The notes under the pieces: generated by a model
What the model was told of the DNA's origin: nothing
The model's input: only the letters and a program-made list of their open reading frames with translations
The model's database searches: none
Position numbers and translations under genes: made by a program
Assembly (NCBI GenBank): GCA_965285935.1
Contig: OZ260661.1
Location: 63,054,001 to 63,118,000, forward strand
Length of the DNA: 64,000 bases
Direction: 5' to 3'
Source of the DNA: Ophelia neglecta
Taxonomy: Eukaryota
In this document: one piece after another, positions 51,601 to 64,000 of the stretch
How the letters are laid out: every line of letters begins with the position of its first letter
Numbering within the stretch: position 1 is the stretch's first letter

Positions 51601-54600
51601 ATTCGGCCGAACACTTGCCCATAATACAATTCTGCTATGGGCACCATGCCCTCCAAGATTCTTGAAAAAAAAGGCCTTTTATGATTTCTTTTGGTTGTAG
51701 GCTTTGGGCATGCTCTTCCTGTCATTGCTGGTAGCAATGGTGTTCTGGAAATAACTATCAGAATGTAGGATATACATTTACTTGTATACAGTAATGTAAT
51801 GTATAGGTCTATAAATGGTGCTGTACTTTATATGATGTAAATAGCCAATAAGCTCTATTCATGCATAATTTGGGATAAAAATATATTTTGAATTTTCAAG
51901 ATAGCCATGGTAACAACAAATGAATGTCAATACAAATCTTGTAAATTGTATCTCCTTTGTTAAAGAACAATACTGGAATTATATGAAAATATCCTAAAAA
52001 TGGCTAAATGGTGTTACCTAAACAAAAAACAGATGTATGATACCTAAAATAAGTTATCAGTTAAAGCATGATCACTTTATTACCTGTGACTCGTGAAGCC
52101 TCCCTCCATCCAACAACGTCTCATAAATTTGGATATACCGTAATGCATCTCCTGCAAGCCTACTATTATATACTATGCGTGCTTCTAAAGTGTTTAGAAG
52201 AAAGGAAATCCTGACGAAGACATTATCTCCCAATAGTCTGATAGGGCTGGCTTTATGAAACATGAATAGAAAACATGAAAAAAAACTAACAGCATAGGGC
52301 CCTGCTTTACTTAGTTGTAATTTCCTTATTATCTGGAAGTGTTATGTACAAGTTGCACATTTTCATTTTCTATTGCACATTAACATGCAATATAGTGATA
52401 TAATTACTGAATGAGAGATTCATGGTGAACAATACAGACAAAATAACACCTAATAATTTCCAGGTTAGCTGATATAGATATCTTACTATAAAGTGGTTGT
52501 TATACTCCATTGATTGTTATTGCTCCCCACCTTTTTTAACAAGGCTACAGTATATGTTTTGAGCCCTGAGGTTGTCTGATAGACAACTGCCTCCGCCACT
52601 GTCGCATGGAAAATTTATGTCTTTTAAAGTCAACAGGTGTAACAGAAGTGTTGACTACTCCTGCAAATAACTTGGGGGCATGCATTTCTGAATGCAGTTT
52701 GAGCTTTTTTTGTTAGTTCAGTATTAAATAAAAAACACTTTTACTGTTAATACCAACAGCGGATTTCCTTCGCACTCATATCAGGAATGTTGATATATGT
52801 TGTTTGCCAAAAGTTTATTACTTGCCTATCATCAAGCCATATGTTAGTAAAAAAAAAATGTGTTAGCCAAACTTTTTCCTTTACACTTGATACTTATTTT
52901 GCCACTTTAATGGCAGAATGTACTTGCTTTTTGAGGAAGCAGCTACACAAATGTTTCAGTTAGAAGGAAGTTTAATTTACAATTGGCTATCCATGGTAAT
53001 GAACAAAATGCAGGTACAACTTGTGCATTAGAATATATCCTTTTTGAGAATGAGTGACATGAGAAAATGAGAATTTTCTGAGCAAAAAAAAGCCCTTAAT
53101 GACAGTAAAAATGTATCAGACCTGCAAAAATTGACCACAAAGATTGGGGTAATTTTTCCAAGACCACTGGTGTAGTGTTGCAAAACTGCTGATTTAATGG
53201 CAGTGTGGTAAAATCTACCAGTAAACAGTGTGAGAAGCATTTGTATAGGTATAGCTGTAGCTACAGCCACTTTCAAAATCAATCAATAACAGGGGTTTAA
53301 GACAGTTTCTTCACTGATATTTCCAGAAAAAGGAAGTTAAAAGGGGAGGGCAGCTGTGTCAACTGCCACAGCAGCAGAGGAGTGGCTTGAGTTACAGATC
53401 CAAACACATAATGATTAAGGACATAATCTTTATATCTTGATATACTTGAATGTTACATTTATTTTCAGTTGTATATAAAGAAGAACTATACATCTTTGGA
53501 GGATACAATGGTGTATATGATGTCCACTTTGGGGATATGTTTAAATTTAATCCTGGCAAGTTACATATACATGTATTTTTTATTGATCCTTGTTTTGCAC
53601 TTTGGTATATATGTGTGCCTGTCAATTAGCACTGTGATCTTTTATTCAGCGGTTTGAGACATATTATGAACATTATTATCCCGACCTTAAGAAGAAAGCT
53701 GGGATTTTGTCATCAGGCCCAAGTCTGTGTGCATGCACGTGTAATGTGTAACTTGAAACTTTGGGATATTATAGGTCTAATACCAAGAGTGTGCAAGACA
53801 CTTTTCAAGTTTAATCTGTAGCCCAAGGGTGGGACCAAGGGATGGGAGAGGAGGGTATATGTGCTAAATGAAATTCTTTTAAATATGGTTTTGTAGCATA
53901 TGTACCAAATGTACCAAATGATGAGCAAAGTTCACTGCATGAGCATACCTTACCCTTCATCAAATTGGGGGTTCTGATTGATCCAAATTTAGTATTTTGG
54001 TGATTGGGAACATGCTTTAGTTTGACTCAACCCAGACCATTGCAGATACCAACTTGTAAATCTGAGATATTGTACACCTATGATCAGGGGTGGCACGACC
54101 CGTTCCAAATATTGCTCAAACCTCTGGGGGCAGGGCCAGGTGGGTGAAATAGGGGTCAACATATATACTTTTTTCTTCGAAATGCAGGGATAAAGATAAA
54201 AAAAAAAGTTTGGGCGATTCCCAAGTCATTGAAAATTCAATATAGAATTCTATCCAAATCTGTTAAGTCAGGCCCTTAAACAATATAAATTCTTCACCAA
54301 ACGTGAAGAGAATAGTCATAAAGTGTACTAAAGGGATTTAAGGCATGGTTCATGCTATCCTTGCCCCTCCCTGATGTGATTACTTGTGACTGACATTGTA
54401 GTGTTTTAGGGCTGATCAATCTCATCCAAGTTCTACTAGAGTGAACAAATTTGAAACTTTCTTTGGGTGTGATGAGACTTTCTCTTTTAAAAAAAAACTT
54501 AAGCATATCAGATGCAAAATAATAACATTTCAGTTCGCTAAAAAGCCTATTTGAATGATATGACAGGTGAGGATGATGCATTGATTTATCTGTTTTTTAA

Positions 54601-57600
54601 ATATTATGACTGATATTTATTAAGCAGAATAGCAGTGTTGAACTAAACAACAAAAATAGTTGCCACACCCTATGTTGGATTTTAAGTCAGAGAGATTATT
54701 AACAAAAGTAAATGCAATTTAAAGGTTACAATTATCTGAACTTGAAGGGATGTCTCTTGTTCCCTGAATTGTGAACAGGTAGGATTTAACACTTGATATT
54801 TACTACTAATTCGAGGCTCTATAGAAGTGGCTAGCTTGTATCTTCTCTTATACTAGGGTAACTAGAATCTTGTCACCGACGTCAATTCAAGATAATATGA
54901 CACTTTTTATAATATCCTGAGAGCTTTATTTCGAAATGGAATTCTACCTGAGAAACTGATACACCTGCATTGGATGACACAAAGAAACAGGACGCAATAT
55001 CATTCTCTTCAAGTTCAATTGTTACTCATAGTGAATTGAATCTTATTTGGTTATTTCGGTTTATATGAACAAAGAGCAGGCGTTTAGAAAACTATGGAAA
55101 TCTGCATCTAATTCATTTTAATTTTCACCTTATTTACAATAGTATCATTACCCTTCCCTAATATGGCTCCTCTTCTAAATTTGAAAATATATTTTCATAT
55201 CTTAAATAACTCTATATTAATGAAAAATAGCCTTCATTGTGTCCTATTAAGATTAGGATCACATTATTAGACTCTATACAAATACTAAATTTGTTTCACA
55301 TTTGCTTCATCCGAGAATGCATTATGCAAATCTTTTATAAACACATATATACTGTACTTTTGAGCTTTTGGGAAACTATAGGGTACAAGCACTGCCTGGT
55401 AATTAATACCACCCAGTGAATTATATAGCAATTAGTAGCTATCTGATACTAGCATCATTATTTTGGATGCTATGCAGGCTTTAGTCAAGAAATACAATAC
55501 AGGATTACCCATAGAGCCTATTAGAAAATTCATCTGCTGTTACTGTATCACCAAAGACCTATTGAATTGTTATTGTTTGACTGTGAGCTGCCATGGATGC
55601 CTACAACCACACTCTTGGTCATCCTAGAAAAGCCTTCTAATACCTGCCTGACCATATTTCATACTAAGCTAGACAGACTGGCAACCAGTCCGGATTTGGG
55701 CCCATACTTTACTGCTTAATAGTGTAGACATTTGGGTGTACTCCCATCATGCTAGGCCAGGACTGCATGGCCTGGTTTAATACTTAGCTGTTTTGATTAA
55801 TGATTGCATCATGTTCTTTCAAAACAGCAGGGTTATTATTCATGAGTATAATAAAGCTTATTAGATTTTTTAAAGTCACTAATTTTAGCCATTAAAAAAT
55901 AGTATTGAGTCAATAAAAACACATTTTAACAAATAACTATCAATTTGGTATCTAATGCTTATCATTTTTTGTCTCTTTATAGTAAAAAATGAATGGACGC
56001 TTCTTAAAATAAAAGGACAGGCTCCTTGTCCACGAAGAAGACAGTGCTGCTGTGTTCTTGGAGAAAAAGTATTCCTTTTTGGTGGTACAAGGTGGGCACT
56101 ATTGATGTTTTTTGATATCATTCATAATAAAAACAGCTGTCATATGAACTCAGGACAAGCAGTTAGATCACAGAACAACAGGAAGTACCATCATCATAAT
56201 GAATGACAAGACTCTGAAGTGAAACCACTGAACCATGGTGGTATTCACTTTACAGATCGCTGTCACGATAGATATGCATGATAACTAGCCATTGTGGTGA
56301 TATTGCCACATAGAATATAGCAAGACAATTCTAGAAGATTCAGTCATAATATATAGAATATAAATGAGATTGGTATTGGGTTTAAGCCATGAGATGGACA
56401 AAATAATAGTTACAAATTAGTTAATGATTGCTATAAAAGTAATTTGGCAAATTTTCATCTTTGTATAGCAGCAGTCTAGAACATCTATGCATACCAGAAG
56501 TTATACATAAATGTATGTATCTTGCAACATGGCTATTAGGTAGTTAAGTATGTATGAATATGCTACAGTTTGGCACAGGTCCCAGCCGAATAAATATTTT
56601 GATACTTTTCTGTAGACTGGCATGTTCTTGATAATAATTAATGGGCCAACACTTTCATACATAGATAATGATATTCACTGTGTATGGATGTAGATATTAT
56701 CAAAAATGGGAGGTTTTCAGTGAAACACAACTAGTTGACTTAAAATTGACCAACCTTTCACCATATCTGAATGATGCTTTTTAAATTTGCCATAACCCAT
56801 TTCTGATAGAGGTATCATTAAAGAGTTTTTCAATATGGAAAACAAAACAATAGTTTTTTTTTCTGGTTTTTGGCTTAGTCTGGATAAAAAGACCTGGAGC
56901 AGCCTAGACTGTTTATTGTTAGTTACAAAATTGAGGAATTAATATAGAAAAGCATATTTAAAGTCCCTTTTTGTCCAAAAAGAAGGATTTTAATTCTGAC
57001 TCAGTGTGTTTACAATCATATTTTGCTTCTTATATAGATGATCTTCAATAATATTAAAATATCCTGGTCTAACCCTATCTATCCATTTTATTATGTTTTA
57101 GTCCCTGTCCAGTGCCTATGGAAGGAACAGAATTTGATCTGATGGATCACTCAGACCTTTATGTACTAGACCTAGGTAAGATCTGTTTATGAAACATACA
57201 TTATTTAAGCTCAATATATGATGAAATAAGGACTTATACATGTTGTTTTGAAAAATTAAACATGTACTTATATTACATATCACAATTCGTGAAATACGCT
57301 TTTGCTTCAGTGTTCTATTTATACTCTAGTGATACGATTCAAATATCAGTCATACCCTACGAAGTCCTTGCAAATGTCATAGCATTATTTCGTTATTTTC
57401 ATTTAAATCTTCCAGCCCCGTCTTTGAAAACCCTGTGTATGTTATCTGTGCTGGAGCTAAATATAGATACATCATGCTTACCAAAAGATGTTAGGTCAGT
57501 CTTCACATTGGTTATATTATATTAAAAGGTTCTAGTTAAGTACAAATGGAGTATTAGATCTATATGACACATGCATTCTATATCAATATTATGAATCAAA

Positions 57601-57898
57601 AATAATATTATTGACAAGTTGAATTCTTGAATATTGCATATGGAGGTTATATCAGTGGGTGCAAAATTATTTTAAAACTGAACTTGATAACCTACTGTTG
57701 AGATGATTGCTATTTTGAAAAGAAAAAAACAAGGCAATGCATGTGTAGAAAGGTTACTGATGAAAATCAGTTGAAATAGGCTCACAGGCATTAAGTGTTA
57801 CAATTTAGATACATCCTGGCCACTTTTATTTCAGATGGGAACTGACGGCAATGACAACCAACAGTAATATAAGTCGACCGCTGAATACATCCGGATAA
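45611..57898 (+). CDS. KLHDC3: Kelch domain-containing protein 3 (CRL2 C-degron substrate receptor), 380 aa
   Basis: Exons 45611-45764, 46182-46355, 47760-47875, 49668-49739, 51123-51336, 53469-53555, 55983-56091, 57102-57175, 57416-57494 and 57835-57898; 1143 nt, phases consistent. N-terminus WTVHLEGGPRRVNHAAVAVG, kelch motifs RYGHT, RDGHSA, RDFHSA, RRSHSA and RRRQCCC, BC-box PSLKTLC, C-terminus WELTAMTTNSNISRP. Confidence 0.97.
48834..48943. repeat. Minisatellite, 29-bp unit (TGAAGGGTCGAATAACAGATGATGAAAAA), about 3.8 copies, in a KLHDC3 intron
   Basis: Direct tandem copies with few substitutions. Confidence 0.9.
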
Positions 57899-59628
57899 AG
57901 ATTGGATTGAAACCGGCTCATTTAACAAGCTGTTACATGCAGTTTTTCACCTCAGTTGTTTCAAAACCAATAATACCCAGTTTGGTAATATGCTATAACT
58001 AGTAGGTTTTCCTGTTTGGTCCTCTTTTGTAAGATTATTTGGATGGAAGTGTGATGTTAACCTATTCAATAATGTTAAATACCTGTTTATAGGCATAGAC
58101 ACTCTAGCCCACAGTTGGAACAAAAAGGTTTTACCCACCAGAATGTATTCATGGTGTTTACCATATTCATCATGTTAAAATGATTCCATTATTTTTATTT
58201 TCAAATGTTTATGGAAAGTTCACAACATTATGATTTTAACTTTTGTTTTTATTAATTTATTTTAATCATCAAACCACCAATATAATGTGTTGATGTTTGT
58301 TTTTTTGGGAAGAAAGTATTCAGAAGAATCAATTTGGCTATTCATGAATATGTTTTATCTTGCAACTTCAGTTTGGATGACTTCCAGGATATTATTTTTA
58401 GGCTAGTGCAATCATACTAGTATATGTGCCAATGTATGAATACGTAAAGGCTTGCTCACTGGTACAAATACATGTGTACAGTATGATGTACTTGATTGCC
58501 AGATACTTGCATACAACATCTATTCCCATTTGGTGTTGTTACAGTGGCAGGCTATGACAACCAGGATGTTTCAATCAGTCAAACGTTTTGTCACAGGCTA
58601 TGGATTGATATCAGATATAAAATTCATCCCTACATCAGTGATTAGGTGTTTATGCTAACTATGTGCAAGCAGATCCCATATGTACTGGTTCATTGTAAAG
58701 CAACATAGATTGTCAAAATACCAACTGGTGTTATTTAAAAACTTGAAATATCCCACATCCTGGTAAGAATAAAATACTGACTGGTGAAAGAAAATTCTGA
58801 ACCAATTCAGCATTTGAACAATTTTTGACTTAACAATGGGAACTTTGATGAGAAACACCAGACAAATGCTCTGCAATAGGAGTCTCTCTCCTCAGGAGAT
58901 AAAATAGCCAGAATCTGTAAAATACATTAAAAACATGGACCCATGCTAATTTAAGGCCAGTAACAGGGCTCTCAAGTACAGGTGGCCAAAAGAAAGATGG
59001 AATCTCAGAAAGAAAATATTGGGCTCTTCATGTAAATACCAGTACCTGTATTTAAATATGCAAAGTGCAACTGTCATGTGTGCTGTGTAAAATGTGAAAA
59101 GAATATTTATTGTGGCAAATATGTAGTATTAAGTTGTGGTTTGATCAAAGCATGCAGCCACATGGAACTGTGCATAAATTCTTTCTCAAATTGGAATTTG
59201 ATAGCTTTATTAATTGTTTGATAAGCATTGATTGTGTATGGTAAATATTACCAAATTGATATTTGTAATGTTCTGTTATTAATTCATTCATTGAATTCGG
59301 ATAGTTTTGTTAAATCATAAGGGGGACTACTGACAGGCAACATACATCATTATTATTTAAATTTGGCAATTTCAACTGTTGCAAGAATATCAGTAGATTT
59401 CTAAACTTTGTCTCGGTATGCTAGTGTTCACCAGAGAGTTCTTTTTGCAGGGAAAGGTTTCACAAAAATCCTGTTTCACACAGTTTTTGGGCATTTTACT
59501 TTATTTGCATTCAAGAAGGCATTTGGTATATTTTTTGTACTGTGGGCATTTCTTTTAACAATCAATTCCAATAGTGTGCAGTTTACCATGATTCAATGAT
59601 TCTGTCATTGCTGTTTTGTTTTTCTGGT

Positions 59629-59655
59629 CAATAAAGAATACAATTGATAAATAAA
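59629..59655 (+). terminator. Candidate KLHDC3 polyadenylation signals
   Basis: Two AATAAA (about 59630 and 59649) followed by U-rich sequence, about 1.7 kb after the stop codon. Another lies near 60929. Confidence 0.4.
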
Positions 59656-62600
59656 TGAATTTTGGTCATTTTTTGCTTGGCATGCATATGTCAGAAACAA
59701 AGTTGTGATTTGAGAAACACCTTTTAGTAATTTAAAATAAAGGTTACAATAATTACTATGGCTGCAATATTTTGTTTTGTCAACAGAGAGAACATGAAAT
59801 GATAATGGTTTCTTTCATGCTGGCCATGAAAATATAAAATGTAGCTGTTAAAGGGAAAGACATTAAATGAATTGATGTACTGGGGAGTGCTATGCTGGTA
59901 TAAACAACTACATTGGATGGGAAGGGAAAGTTTTGGCAGAGGGTATTTTGGAACTATGGGAAGAAAATTGAATATAGAGATAACTCATTTTATATGTAAC
60001 TTCACAGAATCCAATATAGAATACTGCAAGTTTTCTTTTCAAATGTAAATTTTAATGTTAACAGGATGTTCAGTGTGCAATTACAGCAAATGGTTTTTCA
60101 CAATGCATAATAAGTTTTCTCAGCTACCACAGCAAGCTGTCTCGCTCCAGTTTGGGGTTAGTTTTCTTAAAAATGATTAAATTTCTGCAGTTATTTCTGT
60201 TGTATAAAAATTTCTCATCTCTGGGATGAAGCGATCTCATGAACCCTCTAAAAACAGCAGGAAAGGTTTGTTTTTTAATTGTTGGGAAGCTCAGACCCAA
60301 AGCATTTCAGGCATTTAGAGAAAAAAGGGTATAGTAACTTAATATGATCTCATATATTACAAGCATTGGGCTGAGTCTTTTAAACAGTTTTGTCCACGTT
60401 TTGTGAAGTGAAAAAGAGTGATGTTGCATCAGGTTTTGTAACAGAGTGGCCAATGACTTTTGTTTTTCTCCTGTCATTTCTAATGCCTAAAGTCTCTTGA
60501 ACAGACTTTTCTACTTTACAATTATAATGGCCCCCCAGGGAAATATTTGGGGGGATATGTATTGGGCCTTGTCTTCTGCTGCCACTGCACTTCAAATGGC
60601 TATAACTTCCCAACCCCTTGAGCCTCAGACCTCATATGCCCAAATAATGTGACAGCTGTTGCCTAGAGAGTATTTGACTCCCTTGGAGACAAACTGTTTT
60701 GACATGATGCTCTAGACTCTAGATTATAAAAGTGTGCTTTAAATTTGATGAGGATGTTGGAGTATGGTAGATTTGCTTGCATTTGTGCATGTAACTATGT
60801 ATATACCAAAGACATTTTGTGTAGAGTTTATTTTTTTGACCAGCTAGACTACTTAAATGTATTGGAAATTTATTGGAAATGATACACTGTTTTCGTTGGC
60901 ATGGCCAATTGTTTTCAATGTCAAATCAGAATAAAATTGGGAAACATGATTTGTGTGCACGCATGTTTACAATATGATATAGCAAATGCTATTAAATAGC
61001 ATGTTATTATATTGAGTGGATAAGTTGGGTGGCTAGAAGGGAGGGGAGGGGGGGGGGGGGGGGAGGTTTGAAGGTTTTATATCAAATAAACAATCTTATT
61101 CTTGCCTGTTCGTATGAGTATAATACTTGGGAAGTGATATATAAATAATAGCATATTGCTATTTCTTAACAGCACGAGTATGTGCATCCATAGGGTTAAA
61201 AAACAGAAACCCAATCCAAATAAAGCGACTTTAAGTATGAGGGCGTCTATCTTCAGACAAACATTCTGGCTTAAGTTTGCAAGTTGTAGAAAACAAGTCC
61301 GTCATTTTTTGGGAAAAACATGCATAAGTTTTGTTTCGGTCTTCTTCTTTTACAGATGTTTTACGTTTGTGCCTAACATTAAAAATTGCATCAGATTTCT
61401 GACGACTAGTAAATTCAAATTAAATTGGTTTTCCCTTGATTTGTATTCTTATGTCAACCGTTTTAGTTTATAATACATATAATATATTAAACAGTTTGTT
61501 TTTTAATTCATTTGTGCTTTGTAACAATGTTCGGTGATGTTTTGGGCAAATAATTCCATAGCTACCATCAGATAGATTAGTCCCATCCTCATCAGATGAC
61601 ACCCAATAATAAATTACAAAAGGCCTACGCCAATTACTCAATATCGAAGTGAATAAGCCACACTAAGGCTTTAAATTCCTAGAAAGGTTCCTAAATAACC
61701 AAGTACCCAGTGTATCCCTTTACTTAATAAAAAACACACATCAATTCTGATGTATTATTGTAAAGCTCAATTAGTCATGTTTTATGTTTTAAAACTAAAA
61801 GAGTTCACGGTATGGAAGTATTAGTATAAAAAAATTGTCTTTACTGTGTTGTTATTTTACGGACTGCCTGACTGTGTAAAGTGGTGAATATCTAACCCGG
61901 ATATCTTAAAGGTTAACAGGACTTAGGACACGCCACGGTTGGTTGAATTCAGTTAAAGCTGATGGATCTCTACAATGAACGGCTATAATGTTTCAACAAC
62001 AGATAGATAACAAGATATCGTTTATTTTTGCCCCGTTTGGTGATGCCAGCCTGCCTGCCTTTCATAATTGAGCTATGGAAAACGGGTCACTTCCTGTTCT
62101 AGTGTCTATCTTAATAAAAGAATAACAAAGTATATAAATTTGTTATGAATTGGAGGAAATGATGTCGGGCCACAGATACGGATATGGCAATGACATAAAT
62201 TATGTACAGCCAATTATGACTTATGTTCAGGCTTGAAAGACAAATTGAATGCTACACATGTCAAAACAATTTCCGCCGTTTTAACGGAAATTGTAGGTAT
62301 ATACTGAACTCAAAATGAGGGCGGTGAAAGTTTTCAGCCCCAATCGACGAGGCCATGGAGGTGAGTGAGAAGTGACGTAGTTCCGTCATATAAACTATAC
62401 TTGCTTCACCAGTAAAACACATGTAGAGAAAAAAAACATGAAAAAAAGTGTTTTACCAGGCTAGAAGCAGTGTAGGTACATGCCTTATGTTTGGTTTGTT
62501 CATTCATGTTGTTATGATTACCTCTATACACGAATTGTTTAAAAAAAACTTACATCTTAAGTCACATTTTAATAGTACTCTCCAGTCAGAATTTGTCTGA

Positions 62601-64000
62601 ATTCACAAAGCAAATAGCAGACGGGGCGCAATTATAGTTAGAATGACTATACAATATGTGTATATTTGACTTTGCATGCACCCTTTCTAAGCCGATTATG
62701 ACATGATCTTTTGTATATTGAGAAACGTGCAAGTCCTATGACAACATTTGTCAACTCAAGTACATTAGTTGAGATCGGGGATAATGCAGATTTAAAAGTA
62801 CCTTTAAGGCGACCAAACTGGATCTATGTTAATAAGAAAGTGTTGATAACAAAATTTTGTAAGCACACCTATAGCTATAGACCAATGATTGTGCCTGACA
62901 CTATTTTGATCTGTATGATATGCAGGGAGCAAGGTGCGAGTGTCAGTACTATCCCCTATGTCTAGGGGCAAATGACTACACACAATGTAAGAGAATCGTA
63001 TTTCACCATCGTTCCCTCAATGACAGAAGACATTGCCAAGCGTTGCTTGATCATGACGTATTTGATTTGTAGTAGATCCTAACCAATTTTTACAACTTCT
63101 AAAAACTTTTTAATATAATGCCTTCTGACATATATGATGAAATGCATGCTTTAATTTAATGAAAGTGTCACGATTACTACATTCGTTTCATCCTTCTTCT
63201 CTTATTATTACTATTATTATTATTTACGTTCACGGTTTGATTTTTATGCTTGCACTAAAGAGTCTATGGTGATGTTTTGAATACAGCAATGTGCTCTGGT
63301 GTTCTACCAAAAGACTTGGAAAATATTGCTTCCTTTGATGATATATATTTCATGACTAGGCCTATTTACTGTAAAAAGAGCAATTGCTTCGTCAATCACT
63401 ATACATCGTCAATGATTGGTGCTGTACCACATGAAACCTGCCAATGTAAAAATTACACCCGGTCATATGGGTCATTAGAAAATTATATGTAAATTTAACC
63501 CCAAATGTTTACCTCGCGTGCAATGATGCCCAGATGTATTCAGTTTGTAGGTAGGCCTACCAAAACTAGCAAAGAATAGTGATTATATGTAGGCAAACAC
63601 CTTGCGCAAATATTTAGCCCTTTGCATGGTTGATTGTGTGAATAGTAACTACATGCAGTTACCTTTAAGAGTTCTTGCGGTCTAGAAAGAGGTTGAAATC
63701 AGTGAAGCTCAACTTAAAATTTATGATTCGCCGCCTTGTGCCGATTTTCTTCAGATTCAAATCGCACCATCCTATCCGTCATCAGTATGTACTGGGTGAG
63801 TCAACATGGTGACCTTCTAAACAGCTATGAAACAATTAATTAAGCGGTTTGTCATAACAAGATGAAAGAACCCCTCGCCTATATGCAATAGTGGAACATG
63901 AAAGGAGGGAATGAAAAGTTTATATTCGAAGTGGTAGGGATGCCAATATTTTCCTCATTTATAAATTTCACTGACAATTAGGCTCCCCCATTTATCGGGA

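Noticed and set aside
53665-54560. Possible non-autonomous repeat in the KLHDC3 GC-AG intron
   Set aside because: It looks repeat-like, but I could not define ends, TSDs or a second copy in this window.
57899-64000. Short ORFs in the 3' region
   Set aside because: Low complexity, non-ATG starts and no splice chain. Consistent with UTR or intergenic noise.

Overview
AT-rich eukaryotic genomic DNA with spliceosomal introns, from an invertebrate animal (mollusc/lophotrochozoan-like by general appearance; not proven). Exon chains were assembled by hand with matching intron phases. Left to right: (1) a decayed Ty3/gypsy RNase H remnant at about 1.5-1.7 kb; (2) two intronless, basic, S/R-rich orphan ORFs (8798-9688 and 13718-14455, +) that are clear paralogs, followed by a convergent small basic ORF (15006-15326, -); (3) two tandem 3-exon PMP22/EMP/MP20/claudin-superfamily genes (21007-23018 and 27145-28630, +); (4) an unrecognised two-exon protein of about 887 aa with a hydrophobic N-half and an acidic tail (29009-34402, -), whose intron holds a 5'-truncated LINE; (5) WDR74/NSA1 (11 coding exons, -) head-to-head with KLHDC3 (10 coding exons, +, one GC-AG intron). 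WDR74 intron 1 holds a 482-bp near-perfect fold-back element with an 8-bp target-site duplication. Other signals are two minisatellites, CpG depletion over the two housekeeping gene bodies, and an excess of the TAGGCCTA palindrome outside them. The best candidates for undescribed biology are the orphan paralog cluster at 8.8-15.3 kb and the 887-aa membrane protein. No rRNA, tRNA or CRISPR array was seen.
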